Source: Myxococcales bacterium (GTDB taxonomy: Bacteria > Myxococcota_A > Polyangia > Palsa-1104 > SHYY01). From it: a DNA stretch of 63,791 nt. Below the pieces are notes generated by a model that saw only the letters and a program-made list of their open reading frames with translations, had not been told where the DNA came from and searched no databases. The position numbers and the translations under genes are program-made. Shown here piece after piece: positions 25,744 to 34,400 of this stretch (the first letter of the stretch is position 1; every line of letters starts with the position of its first letter). The stretch lies in NCBI GenBank assembly GCA_023248875.1, contig JAHFDT010000001.1:1-63791 (forward strand), read 5' to 3'.

Positions 25744-27050
25744 ACCATCCCGAGAAGATCGATCGGGTTGCCCAAGCGCTGCGCCAACGGACCAGTACCC
25801 GGCCGCTATCGCTCCGCAAACGCTCGACCAGCCATCAGGTCCCCAAGCGCGGCGATCGCAAATACCGCGATGAAAAGATCGACCTCTCGGATCTCGACCA
25901 GGTCCTCGAGGTGGATCCTGTCGCGCGGACGTGCACTGCCGAGCCGGGCGTCACCTTCGTCGATCTCGTGGCTGCCACTCTGCCGCACGGCCTCGTGCCG
26001 GTAGTTGTGCCCGAGCTCAAAACCATCACCATTGGCGGCGCGGTTTCGGGTGGGTCACTGGAATCGATGTCCTTCCGCTACGGCGGCTTTCACGATTCTT
26101 GCCTCGAATACGAGGTGATCACTGCGACCGGCGAAGTGCTCCACTGCACCCCTGAAAACGAGCACCGCCTGATCTTCGAGATGATGCACTTCTCCTTCGG
26201 CACGCTCGGCATCCTCGGCAAACTCAAGTTCCGCCTCGTGCCAGCCGAGCGTTACGTGCGGGTCGAATACCTGCAGCATGACAATCTGCCTGACTACCAG
26301 GCGGCGATCCGAACGCAGGCGCGCCGCCCGGAGGTCGATTTTATCGACGGCATCATCCACTCCCCACGCCAATACGTGCTGTCCGTAGGCTACTTCGTCG
26401 ACGAAGCGCCCTACACCAGCACCTACAACTGGGTGAAGGCCTATTACGAGACCACCGCTGAGCGAAAAGAGGACTACTTCCACACGCCCGACTACTTCTT
26501 CCGCTACGACCGCGGTGTCACCAATGTGCGACCCCACTCGACGCTGGGGCGGATTCTGTTCGGCCGCTTCATGCACTCGTCTCAGTGGCTACGCCTAGCG
26601 GAGAAGCTCTCGTGGGCCCTGCCGGCCCAAGATCCAGCGGTGACGGTGGATGTCTTTCTTCCCGATTCGCGCTTCGGCGAGTTCATGGACTGGTACTGGC
26701 GCGAGTTCGGCCCCTACCGGCTCTGGTGCGTGCCCTATCGTCCGCCGCGCCGCTACGAGTGGCTCTCGCCGAAGTGGCACGCCGGTATGCACGATGAGCT
26801 GCTGGTCGATCTGGCCATCTATGGCTTCCCGCAGCGGGGCGGCCGCAACTACTACCGCCTGCTCGAAGAGAAGCTGCAAGAGCTCAACGGCATCAAGACG
26901 CTCATTTCGTTCAACTACTACGGTGAAGAGGAGTTTTGGCAGATCTGGAACCGCGAGAACTACACCGCGGTGAAACAGATCACCGATCCCCAAAACCTTT
27001 TTCGCGATCTCTACACCAAGACCTGCCGCGCCGCCCGCGGGCTGAGCTAG
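25740..27050 (+). CDS. FAD-binding (PCMH-type) oxidoreductase, DHCR24/Diminuto-like
   Basis: The ATG at 25740 overlaps the upstream stop (ATGA). CTAEPGVTFVDLVAATLPHGLVPVVVPELKTITIGGAVSGGSLESMSFRYGGFHDSCLEYEVITATGEVL...FGTLGILGKL follows the FAD_binding_4 pattern as in delta24-sterol-reductase-like proteins. Confidence 0.7.
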   Translation: MNHPEKIDRVAQALRQRTSTRPLSLRKRSTSHQVPKRGDRKYRDEKIDLSDLDQVLEVDPVARTCTAEPGVTFVDLVAATLPHGLVPVVVPELKTITIGGAVSGGSLESMSFRYGGFHDSCLEYEVITATGEVLHCTPENEHRLIFEMMHFSFGTLGILGKLKFRLVPAERYVRVEYLQHDNLPDYQAAIRTQARRPEVDFIDGIIHSPRQYVLSVGYFVDEAPYTSTYNWVKAYYETTAERKEDYFHTPDYFFRYDRGVTNVRPHSTLGRILFGRFMHSSQWLRLAEKLSWALPAQDPAVTVDVFLPDSRFGEFMDWYWREFGPYRLWCVPYRPPRRYEWLSPKWHAGMHDELLVDLAIYGFPQRGGRNYYRLLEEKLQELNGIKTLISFNYYGEEEFWQIWNRENYTAVKQITDPQNLFRDLYTKTCRAARGLS

Positions 27051-27064
27051 GGCGCGCTCAAAAG

Positions 27065-27841
27065 CTATTTTCGCGCCTTGATGCGTTCGAGCAGAATTTC
27101 GCGCTTGGCCTGGAACTCCTCTTCGCCCACCTTGCCGGCCGAGCGCGCGGCCGCCAGCTCCTGCAGCGCTTTGACCGGGTCGCCCTTGTCATCGACCTTG
27201 ATCGGCGCGGGCGCGGCGGCGGGTTTGGTGGGCGCGGCGGCACCTTTATTGGCACTCTGCAGAGCACCCACTGTTGCTAAGATCTGCGTCTGCTCGATGG
27301 TGTTCTTGGTGCGGATCTGGATGGCGGTCGCTTCGCCGCGCACCAGCACGTAGTGGCGCTGGAGTCGGGTCATGAGCGCGCCCAGTAATAAGAGAATGAG
27401 GCCCACCGGGGTCATGATGAAGCCGAGGAGCTTGTGGGACACACCGCTCCCGCTCGTGGGTGCCGCAGCAGCACCCGCGGGATCATCGCCTTCGCCGCTC
27501 TCGCCTTCGGCCGGAGCGGCGGCCGGATCATCGCCCGCAGCGGGCGGGGCAGCAGCACCCGGGATCGGCAGCTTGACCGGGATCGCGCCCGAAGTGTAGA
27601 TGAAGTAGGCACCCACGCCGAGCAGCGGTAGTCCCGCCAGCGCGAGAATCACACCGAAGATCGCCAGCGGCCGCAGCGACATTCTGCCGACAAACTGGAT
27701 CTGTTTGGCCGGCAGCTCCTGCTTGCCCTCGTCGCCGAAATTGACGATCCTCTGGTTGGTGATGACCAGTAGATTCGGCTCGGTCTCGACGTAGGGCATC
27801 GGGTAGAAGACGTTCTCGTTGGGGGCGAGCTGGAGGGCCAT
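27065..27841 (-). CDS. Membrane protein with bacterial PH-like N-terminus and C-terminal SHOCT domain
   Basis: The ATG at 27841 gives MALQLAPNENVFYPMPYVETEPNLLVITNQRIV, which looks bPH-like. Two TM helices flank an Ala/Pro/Gly-rich acidic loop. The C-terminus LQELAAARSAGKVGEEEFQAKREILLERI fits the SHOCT pattern. Confidence 0.55.
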   Translation of the reverse strand: MALQLAPNENVFYPMPYVETEPNLLVITNQRIVNFGDEGKQELPAKQIQFVGRMSLRPLAIFGVILALAGLPLLGVGAYFIYTSGAIPVKLPIPGAAAPPAAGDDPAAAPAEGESGEGDDPAGAAAAPTSGSGVSHKLLGFIMTPVGLILLLLGALMTRLQRHYVLVRGEATAIQIRTKNTIEQTQILATVGALQSANKGAAAPTKPAAAPAPIKVDDKGDPVKALQELAAARSAGKVGEEEFQAKREILLERIKARK

Positions 27842-27925
27842 CGCTGTATTATAGCCAATGCAGCAACTTTTCTGAGTAATCGCCGATAATCTTTTGGTAC
27901 GCTGGCGTCCACGGAGGCCCAACGC

Positions 27926-28765
27926 ATGGCATCAGGGGGAAATAGCGACGGCAGCAAACAGTACGGTGCGGTTCTGGCCGTCGTCACCGACATCGTTCAC
28001 AAAGAGGGCCCTACCTATGGTGGGGGAGCGGTGGCCAAGAACGACTACCGCGTGCGGATAAAATACACCCACCTGCCCGGACAGGATGCGTCGGGTTGGG
28101 CGCGCATCGGGACCTTCATGGCGAGCCCCAAAGGAGTGGGCGCCTTCTTTTTGCCCGAGCTCCACGACGAGGTGGTGGTGATCTTCGAGATGGGCGATTT
28201 CGATAAGCCCATCATCATCGCAAGCCTGTGGAACGGTGTCGACAAACCCTCCTACAGCGAAAATCAGGGCAAAAGCGAGACCCAGCGGTTTCAGGATAAC
28301 GACGCGATCTTCAAAGGAAAAACAGATCCCAAGAAGAACGACATGAAGTCGCTCAGCTTCCGCGCGGGGCATGAGCTGATTTTCAATAGCAACGCGAGCG
28401 AGCCGCGCGTCACCCTGTCGTCAGGCAAGAAACATCGTATCGTACTGAATGACAAGGGCAACGAGCCGACGCAGATCGAGATCTACGACGGCAAAGAGGA
28501 GAACTACATCCTCATCGACACCAAGAACAAAAAGATCACGATGGAGTCGAAGACCGGCGACATCTTGATCAAGGCCAAGAAGACGATTCGCATGGAATGC
28601 GAGAAGTATGAGCTCAAGACCGACAAGGACGCCGAGCTGGAGATCGGGCAGAACTATCAGATGAAGGCCAAATCGAAGACGACGATCGAGACCACCGGTG
28701 GCACTCTCGATATGAAATCGTCGGGCGTCATGACCATCAAGGGTTCCAAGGTGAACATCAACTGA
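27926..28765 (+). CDS. gpV / gp5 / VgrG-OB-fold spike protein (phage baseplate assembly protein V family) with beta-helical C-terminus
   Basis: GWARIGTFMASPKGVGAFFLPELHDEVVVIFEMGDFDKPIIIASLWNGVDKP matches the Phage_base_V/Vgr OB-fold signature (GW.R......G...G..F.PE.GDEV.V.F..GD...P...G.LWN). The C-terminal half is a K/T/I/E-rich repetitive beta-strand region ending in ...TIKGSKVNIN. Confidence 0.75.
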   Translation: MASGGNSDGSKQYGAVLAVVTDIVHKEGPTYGGGAVAKNDYRVRIKYTHLPGQDASGWARIGTFMASPKGVGAFFLPELHDEVVVIFEMGDFDKPIIIASLWNGVDKPSYSENQGKSETQRFQDNDAIFKGKTDPKKNDMKSLSFRAGHELIFNSNASEPRVTLSSGKKHRIVLNDKGNEPTQIEIYDGKEENYILIDTKNKKITMESKTGDILIKAKKTIRMECEKYELKTDKDAELEIGQNYQMKAKSKTTIETTGGTLDMKSSGVMTIKGSKVNIN

Positions 28766-29271
28766 TGGCGGTCACCTTCGAAGATCTGCAGAAAAAACAG
28801 GAGGAGATGACCGCGCTGGCAGAGCAGCTCGTGGGTGAGGAGGACTGCGATCGGATTTTGGCGATCGCAGAGGAGCTCAAGGGGCATGGGGCGGAGCTCG
28901 AGCGCATGGGCAACGAGTTTACCGAGGCGAACCCGTCGACTTTTCTCGGCTCGACCGAGGTGGTGCTGACGCCCGAGCAGCGCCAGCGCATCCACGACGA
29001 GACCGGCATCGAGATGGCGTCGCTGTGGCTGCGCGATGAGGCGGGGGCCCTCATGACGAGCATGCCGCACACCGACCCTCGGGTGATCGAGTACCGGGCG
29101 CTTGAGGAGGCGCGGCGACGCAAAGCGGCGACGGAGGCGGACGCCCTGCTGCAGGCGGAGCTGGCCGAGGTACTAGGGACGCTCGAGGGCGTCTCCCCGG
29201 AGGTCGCCGCGCAGCTCGAGATCTTGAAGCAGAACCCCCATTTCTTGGGCGGGCTGCTTCAGAAGAAGTAG
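28765..29271 (+). CDS. Hypothetical acidic helical protein coupled to the spike gene
   Basis: The ATG at 28765 overlaps the spike stop (TGATG). The 168-aa protein is E/A/L-rich. No recognisable domain. Confidence 0.55.
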   Translation: MAVTFEDLQKKQEEMTALAEQLVGEEDCDRILAIAEELKGHGAELERMGNEFTEANPSTFLGSTEVVLTPEQRQRIHDETGIEMASLWLRDEAGALMTSMPHTDPRVIEYRALEEARRRKAATEADALLQAELAEVLGTLEGVSPEVAAQLEILKQNPHFLGGLLQKK

Positions 29272-29273
29272 GA

Positions 29274-29636
29274 CTATCTGCGCAGACGAACCGCGGTGTA
29301 GGCGGGGTTGCCCGGGCAGGGCGGGTTGAGCTTACGCACTTCGATTTCGATCCCCACGCCCGGCCAGCGCTCCGCGATGGCGCCGGCCATGGCACCAGCG
29401 AGCGCCTCGAGCAGGCGATAGGTCTGGCCGGTGCCGATTTCGCAAAGCAGGCCGCAGACGGTGTGGTAGTCGACGGTATCGGCCAGGCGGTCGGAGGCGG
29501 CGGCCCGCACCACGTCGAGGTGGAGGTCTATATCGACCTGGAAGCGGCGATGGGTCTTGCGCTCGATCGCCGTCGCACCGTGGCGCCCCTGGAACTCGAG
29601 GTTACGGACCGAAATGGTCGCGGGGCTATTTTTCAT
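29274..29636 (-). CDS. folB: Dihydroneopterin aldolase
   Basis: The internal ATG at 29636 gives MKNSPATISVRNLEFQGRHGATAIERKTHRRFQVDIDLHLD...DRLADTVDYHTVCGLL, a typical FolB sequence. The longer ORF extension is W/R-rich and implausible. Confidence 0.8.
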   Translation of the reverse strand: MKNSPATISVRNLEFQGRHGATAIERKTHRRFQVDIDLHLDVVRAAASDRLADTVDYHTVCGLLCEIGTGQTYRLLEALAGAMAGAIAERWPGVGIEIEVRKLNPPCPGNPAYTAVRLRR

Positions 29637-29883
29637 CGCGCGATGTGGTGGCGAACAGGCTGACCGGCTTCTTGCGGGTAAACAGGTAGAGATAGAGGTG
29701 GTAGACGCCCACCACCAGCGCCAGCGCCAGCGCCGCAAAGGTGGTGTAGACCGCGCCCATCAGAATGTATTGAAAGACGATGCGGGCCATTTCCGCCTCG
29801 GCGACACGGCAGGCGATCCAACCCACTCCGCCGACAAAGGTGAGGACAATGGCCAGCGTGACGATCGCCAATACCGCCCGCAT
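29626..29883 (-). CDS. Small integral membrane protein
   Basis: 85-aa ORF that starts the nucleotide after the def stop and overlaps the folB start. Three hydrophobic helices. No family recognised. Confidence 0.45.
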   Translation of the reverse strand: MRAVLAIVTLAIVLTFVGGVGWIACRVAEAEMARIVFQYILMGAVYTTFAALALALVVGVYHLYLYLFTRKKPVSLFATTSRDEK

Positions 29884-30420
29884 CTATTCTTGGGCCGGGT
29901 ACTCGATGCCCTCTTCGGCATCGCGCTCGAGTTTGCGCCGGATCATCTGGCGCTTGATCGGGCCGACGTAATCGATCAGCAACCGATTGATGAGATGGTC
30001 GTTTTCATGTTGCATCGCCCGCGCGTAGAGCCCTTCGCCCTCGGCGATAAACGCCTTGCCGTGGACATCGAAAGCGCGGAGGCGCGCGCGCAGCGAGCGT
30101 TTGACCGGCACATAGATGCCGGGGAATGATAGGCAGCCTTCGTCGTTCTCTTCGGTTTCGTCGGACAGCCACTCGATGGTCGGATTGATAAAGACCACCG
30201 GGGGATCGTTTTCGCTACCCCCCGCCGCTCCTCCTTCGACAATGAAAATGCGCTGGTGGACACCCACCTGAATTGCTGCCAGACCGGCGCCATTGGCGGC
30301 GTACATGGTTTCGGCCATATCCTCGATGAGGCGCGCTAGATCTGCATCGAAAACGGTCACCTCCACGGTCGGCTCGCGCAGGCGCGGATCGGGAAAACGG
30401 ACGATGGGAAGCAGTGCCAT
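29884..30420 (-). CDS. def: Peptide deformylase
   Basis: All three deformylase motifs are present: GAGLAAIQVG (GxGxAAxQ), EGCLSFPG and HENDHL (HExxH). Confidence 0.92.
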   Translation of the reverse strand: MALLPIVRFPDPRLREPTVEVTVFDADLARLIEDMAETMYAANGAGLAAIQVGVHQRIFIVEGGAAGGSENDPPVVFINPTIEWLSDETEENDEGCLSFPGIYVPVKRSLRARLRAFDVHGKAFIAEGEGLYARAMQHENDHLINRLLIDYVGPIKRQMIRRKLERDAEEGIEYPAQE

Positions 30421-30459
30421 CTAAAAACTAAGAATAGCGCGGCGGGGGCGCGTTGACAA

Positions 30460-31095
30460 ATGGCTCTGCTTCACTACAGTGACGGCGATTTGGACCCGAC
30501 GACGCCCGAGATTCAGCGCTATGCCGAGGCCCAGCTGCCGACGGCCGCGGGGGAACTCCAGCTGGTGGTCTATCGGATATTGCCCGAGGCGAACCCGCCG
30601 CAGGAGCACATGGCGATGGTCGCAGGCGACCCGGCGGGCGAGCGGACCCTGGCGAGAGTTCACTCCGAGTGCTGGACGGGCGAAACGTTGGGCTCGCTCA
30701 AGTGCGACTGCCGCGCACAGCTCGACGCTGCGCTGCAGGCGATTGCCGAGGCGGGACGGGGCGTGGTGGTCTATCTGCGCCAGGAGGGGCGCGGCATCGG
30801 CCTCGGCAACAAGATCCGCGCCTACGCGCTGCAGAACGAAGGTGCCGATACCGTCGAGGCCAACCAACAGCTCGGCTTTGCAGCGGACCTGCGGAGCTAT
30901 GAGCTGGCCGCGGCGATTTTGCGCGATCTTGGGGTGGCCTCGGTGGCGCTTATGACGAATAATCCCGACAAGGTGGCTGGGCTCGAAGCAGCCGGGGTGC
31001 GCGTGGTCGAACGGGTGCCATTGTGGGTAGCGCAGGGGGATCACAATCGCGAGTATCTCGAGGTCAAGCGGTCCAAGCTCGGCCATCGGGAATAG
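30460..31095 (+). CDS. ribA: GTP cyclohydrolase II
   Basis: RVHSECWTGETLGSLKCDCRAQLD is the zinc Cys triad context. YLRQEGRGIGLGNKIRAY, DTVEAN and MTNNPDK motifs are also present. Confidence 0.9.
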   Translation: MALLHYSDGDLDPTTPEIQRYAEAQLPTAAGELQLVVYRILPEANPPQEHMAMVAGDPAGERTLARVHSECWTGETLGSLKCDCRAQLDAALQAIAEAGRGVVVYLRQEGRGIGLGNKIRAYALQNEGADTVEANQQLGFAADLRSYELAAAILRDLGVASVALMTNNPDKVAGLEAAGVRVVERVPLWVAQGDHNREYLEVKRSKLGHRE

Positions 31096-31104
31096 GAGAT
31101 TCGA

Positions 31105-32190
31105 ATGGCGACGGAAACGGCGATTCGGACGGCGGTCGGCGGCATACCGGTGGCCGTGTTTGGGCGCGACCTCGAATCGCTCGGGTTCGTAAAGAGCGTG
31201 GCGCTGGTCGATGGGATCGCGACCGTGGGTCTGGTGCTGCCGACGCCGGCATTGGTTGGACGCGAGGAGCTTCAGCGCAACGTAACGGCCGCGGTGGAGA
31301 AGCTCGACGGCATTCGCTCGGTCAAGCTCGAGGTCAGCGCACAGGTGGTCAAGCGCAGCGCCCGGCCCGATCAGGGGCGCGTCAGCGGCGCCAAGAACAT
31401 TATCGCCGTCGCTGCCGGCAAGGGCGGCGTGGGTAAGTCGACGGTGGCGAGCAATCTGGCGTTGGCGCTACGCCAGTGGGGCGCGACCGTGGGCCTCCTC
31501 GATGCCGATGTCTATGGCCCCTCGATGCCGACCATGCTGGGTGAACCCGATGTCCCGGCGGGCACCAAAGTCGGACAGAAGATTGTCCCGGCGATCCACT
31601 GGGGCATCAAGCTCATGTCGGTCGGATTTTTTATTGAAAAGGATGGCGCTGTGGTGTGGCGCGGCCCCATGGTGCACAAACTCCTGCAGCAATTTTTGGA
31701 GGATGTCGACTGGGGCGAACTCGACTATCTCGTGGTCGATCTGCCCCCCGGCACCGGCGACGCGCAACTTTCGCTCTCGCAGCTCATTCCTATCACCGGC
31801 GCAGTGATGGTCACCACGCCGCAAGAGGTAGCGCTCATCGATGTCGTCAAAGCCGTATCGATGTTCAAGAAGGTGGAGATCCCCGTGCTCGGTGTTGTCG
31901 AAAACATGAGTTACTACGTCTGCCCCGGCTGCGGCCACCACGACGAGATCTTCTCGCGCGGCGGCGGGCGCAAGCTGGCCGAGACGCTGGGTGTGCCATT
32001 CCTCGGCGAAGTGCCGATCGATGCCAAAGTGCGTTTCGGTGGCGATTCCGGCCGGCCGGTGGTGGTGGGCGCGCCCGATAGCGAGCACGCCAAGATCTTC
32101 ATGAAGATCGCCGCCGAGGTAGCGACGCAAATTGCGGTGGTGACGCAGAGCGCACCCAAACGGGTCGCAGGGCTGGTGTCGATCCGATAA
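31105..32190 (+). CDS. Mrp/NBP35/ApbC-type Fe-S cluster carrier ATPase
   Basis: N-terminal DUF59-like domain. The deviant Walker A is AVAAGKGGVGKST. A CPGCGH motif (CxxC) is present. Confidence 0.9.
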   Translation: MATETAIRTAVGGIPVAVFGRDLESLGFVKSVALVDGIATVGLVLPTPALVGREELQRNVTAAVEKLDGIRSVKLEVSAQVVKRSARPDQGRVSGAKNIIAVAAGKGGVGKSTVASNLALALRQWGATVGLLDADVYGPSMPTMLGEPDVPAGTKVGQKIVPAIHWGIKLMSVGFFIEKDGAVVWRGPMVHKLLQQFLEDVDWGELDYLVVDLPPGTGDAQLSLSQLIPITGAVMVTTPQEVALIDVVKAVSMFKKVEIPVLGVVENMSYYVCPGCGHHDEIFSRGGGRKLAETLGVPFLGEVPIDAKVRFGGDSGRPVVVGAPDSEHAKIFMKIAAEVATQIAVVTQSAPKRVAGLVSIR

Positions 32191-32242
32191 GATCGATCTG
32201 GTAAACCTGCTCCAGCAAGCGTTCGTTGCCCTATCGCCGCCC

Positions 32243-32644
32243 ATGCAGGCTTACGTGACAACGCTGCTCCTGCGGACGGGTTTCTTGCCCCGGCTCCCGC
32301 TGATGCGCATGATGCTTCGCACCCTTCAGTTCGTGGGCGCTGATCCGGTGGAGGTCAAGCGCGCCTTCTCGAGGGCGACCGATCTGGGGCCCTCGTTCGT
32401 GCAGGCATGGCGCTCGGTGGGAAATGAGGTAGCAACGAGCGCGCAGCAAACGGAAGGTCGCTTCGATCGCGAGCGTGCCCGAGCGGGCTACTTTCGGGCG
32501 GCACTCTATCATCTGATTGCCGACTGGGGCTCGGAGCGACAGCGCTCGACGAGCAACAGTTCCAGGTCGTCCAGACCGCGTAGAACGGCCGCGGGGACGC
32601 TGCGCTCTTTCTGGGGACGGGCTCCCGCTTTGCAATCTGCTTAG
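32243..32644 (+). pseudogene. Possible N-terminal remnant of an alpha/beta hydrolase (FrsA / dihydropseudooxynicotine-hydrolase-like)
   Basis: The first 95 aa or so (…VEVKRAFSRATDLGPSFVQAWRSVGNEVATSAQQTEGRFDRERARAGYFRAALYHLIADWG) resemble the helical cap-like N-terminus of that hydrolase group. The frame then degenerates into S/R-rich sequence and no catalytic domain follows. Weak call. Confidence 0.25.
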
Positions 32645-32853
32645 CCCGCCCACAGAAACGCCCCACCGCCTCTGCCGTCCGCTGCCGTCCCAAGCACGGA
32701 GCTTCTGGAAGAAGAAAAGCCAACGGCGACGACCGTGTGAGGCGATGGGGCCAGCCTGTGGGCAGTCCGTCTGCGGACTGTCCATCAGGCTGAGCGAAGC
32801 GTCCCCGGAGCCGCCCGAAGAAACGCCCACCATCTCGAATACCGATGTGGGTG

Positions 32854-32882
32854 TTGACAATGAATGCCGGTTTGGTTAACAT
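32854..32882 (+). promoter_or_regulatory. Sigma70-like promoter upstream of the IS200-like transposase gene
   Basis: TTGACA (32854-32859), a 17-nt spacer, then TAACAT (32877-32882). Sequence match only. Confidence 0.4.
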
Positions 32883-32895
32883 ATGCCCAATCAAG

Positions 32896-33519
32896 ATGAA
32901 CACCAGAAACACCCAGCTAGCAATGAAGTTGCCCACGTGGGGAGGCCAACGGCCGGGTGCCGGCAGAAAGCGGCGGAGCCCCAGGCCGAACGTGGCTCAC
33001 CGCACGCGCCTCAAACTCACGCGACACGTTCCGGTCCACGTCACATTGCGGCTGCAGAAGCATGTCTGGAACATGCGAAGCCAGCGCTGTTTCCGCATCA
33101 TCGAACGCTCCTTTATCGCCGGCTGCCGGCAGTTCGGCTTCCGCCTGGTCCATTTCTCGACACAGCGCAACCATTTCCACCTCGTCTGCGAAGCGGAAAA
33201 TCGGCGAGCCCTATCGCGCGGTATACAAGGCTTGGCGATCCGTATCGCCAAGGGGCTCAACAAGTTGATGGCGCGCTCGGGTGGCGTCTTTGCGGACCGC
33301 TACCATCAGCACCTCTTGCGAACGCCGGCCGAGGTGAAGCACGCGCTGAACTATGTGGCCCACAATGCGCGGCATCATGGGCAGCCGCTCGAGGGGCTGG
33401 GCGACCCATTCACCTCCTCTGCAGGGCTGGCGGCGGCCCAAAGTTGGTTACTCAAGCGGGCCATGCCAGGTCGTTTGCGAGAAGGACCCCTGGGCGAAGT
33501 GGTTCCATCAATACCGTGA
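32896..33519 (+). CDS. IS200-like Y1 (HUH) transposase domain protein, RAYT-like
   Basis: VPVHVTLRLQ...FRLVHFSTQRNHFHLVCEA carries the HUH motif as HFH. ...ADRYHQHLLRTPAEVKHALNYVAHNARHHG carries the catalytic Tyr context. The start is uncertain: ATG 32896, ATG 32923 or the upstream alternative at 32845. Confidence 0.75.
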   Translation: MNTRNTQLAMKLPTWGGQRPGAGRKRRSPRPNVAHRTRLKLTRHVPVHVTLRLQKHVWNMRSQRCFRIIERSFIAGCRQFGFRLVHFSTQRNHFHLVCEAENRRALSRGIQGLAIRIAKGLNKLMARSGGVFADRYHQHLLRTPAEVKHALNYVAHNARHHGQPLEGLGDPFTSSAGLAAAQSWLLKRAMPGRLREGPLGEVVPSIP

Positions 33520-33538
33520 TGGCAAGGCTTCGGTCTGA

Positions 33539-34399
33539 CTACCTTCCCGTCGACAACAACCCCTTCGGCCCAGTTAGTTCGCGATACCCCGTCGAGTGCC
33601 AGGCGTCCAGCTCCTTGGCGCGCAGAATAGGAAACGGGTGGTCGCGAAACGCGGTGATGAGCGCCTTGTACACCTGATTGAGCGACGAGGCATCGCTCTC
33701 TTCGTAGGCGCGGATCTGGCGCAGGAACTCCTCCTGGTCCATTTCGGCATACAGCCGAGTGGCTCCACCCGCGAGCTTCATAAAGGTCTGGATGCCGGGG
33801 TTGAGATCTTGTACGCACAGGAGTGCTGCGCGATCGGCGGTGAGCTCGGAGCGTCGATACCATTCGTGCAGCGCCAGCTCGAAGCCCATGCCAAGGAGCC
33901 TTCCGAGGCCGAGCGTCATCTGGCTCACCAGCGCCATCACCGTCGCCACGTTGCGCGCCAGCACCGTGTAGAGCACATGGTTGGCCTTGATGTGGCCAAG
34001 CTCATGGGCGAGTACGAAGAAGCGCTCCTCGTCGCTCAGCATATCGATGAGGCCCGAAGTCATGACGATGAACGGCCGTGTGTTGCCGTAGGTGAACGCG
34101 TTAGGCACGGGATTGAGCGTCACGTAGAGCTCCGGCTCCTCGATGTCGAGGATCTTGCAGCCCCACTTCAGGCTGCGGTGGAGGCGCCCGAACATCTTCG
34201 GCGTGACACGCACGCTGCCAGCGATGTTTTGCAAATAGAGCACGCGCTCGATGCCGTACTCCATCAGCTTTGCGACCAGCAGGTCGAGCCCGGGAATCGC
34301 GCGCAGGGCCTCGGTGGCGGTGAGATCGGCGGGGTGTTGAAAGTGGCGCGCTTCCAGGCCGGGAAAAACTCGTAGCTGGCGCTTTTTTGTCTCACTCAT
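33539..34399 (-). CDS. M48-family zinc metallopeptidase
   Basis: 286-aa ORF with HELGHIKANH (HExxH) in an M48-like context (FVLAHELGH). Confidence 0.85.
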   Translation of the reverse strand: MSETKKRQLRVFPGLEARHFQHPADLTATEALRAIPGLDLLVAKLMEYGIERVLYLQNIAGSVRVTPKMFGRLHRSLKWGCKILDIEEPELYVTLNPVPNAFTYGNTRPFIVMTSGLIDMLSDEERFFVLAHELGHIKANHVLYTVLARNVATVMALVSQMTLGLGRLLGMGFELALHEWYRRSELTADRAALLCVQDLNPGIQTFMKLAGGATRLYAEMDQEEFLRQIRAYEESDASSLNQVYKALITAFRDHPFPILRAKELDAWHSTGYRELTGPKGLLSTGR

Positions 34400-34400
34400 T

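Noticed and set aside
28250-28765. Visibly lower GC in the C-terminal half of the spike gene, considered as evidence for recent horizontal transfer
   Set aside because: Third codon positions stay G/C-rich (AAG, ATC, GAC, ACC). The dip is therefore explained by the Lys/Ile/Asn/Thr/Glu-rich beta-helix composition rather than foreign codon usage. HGT may still be true, but composition does not show it.
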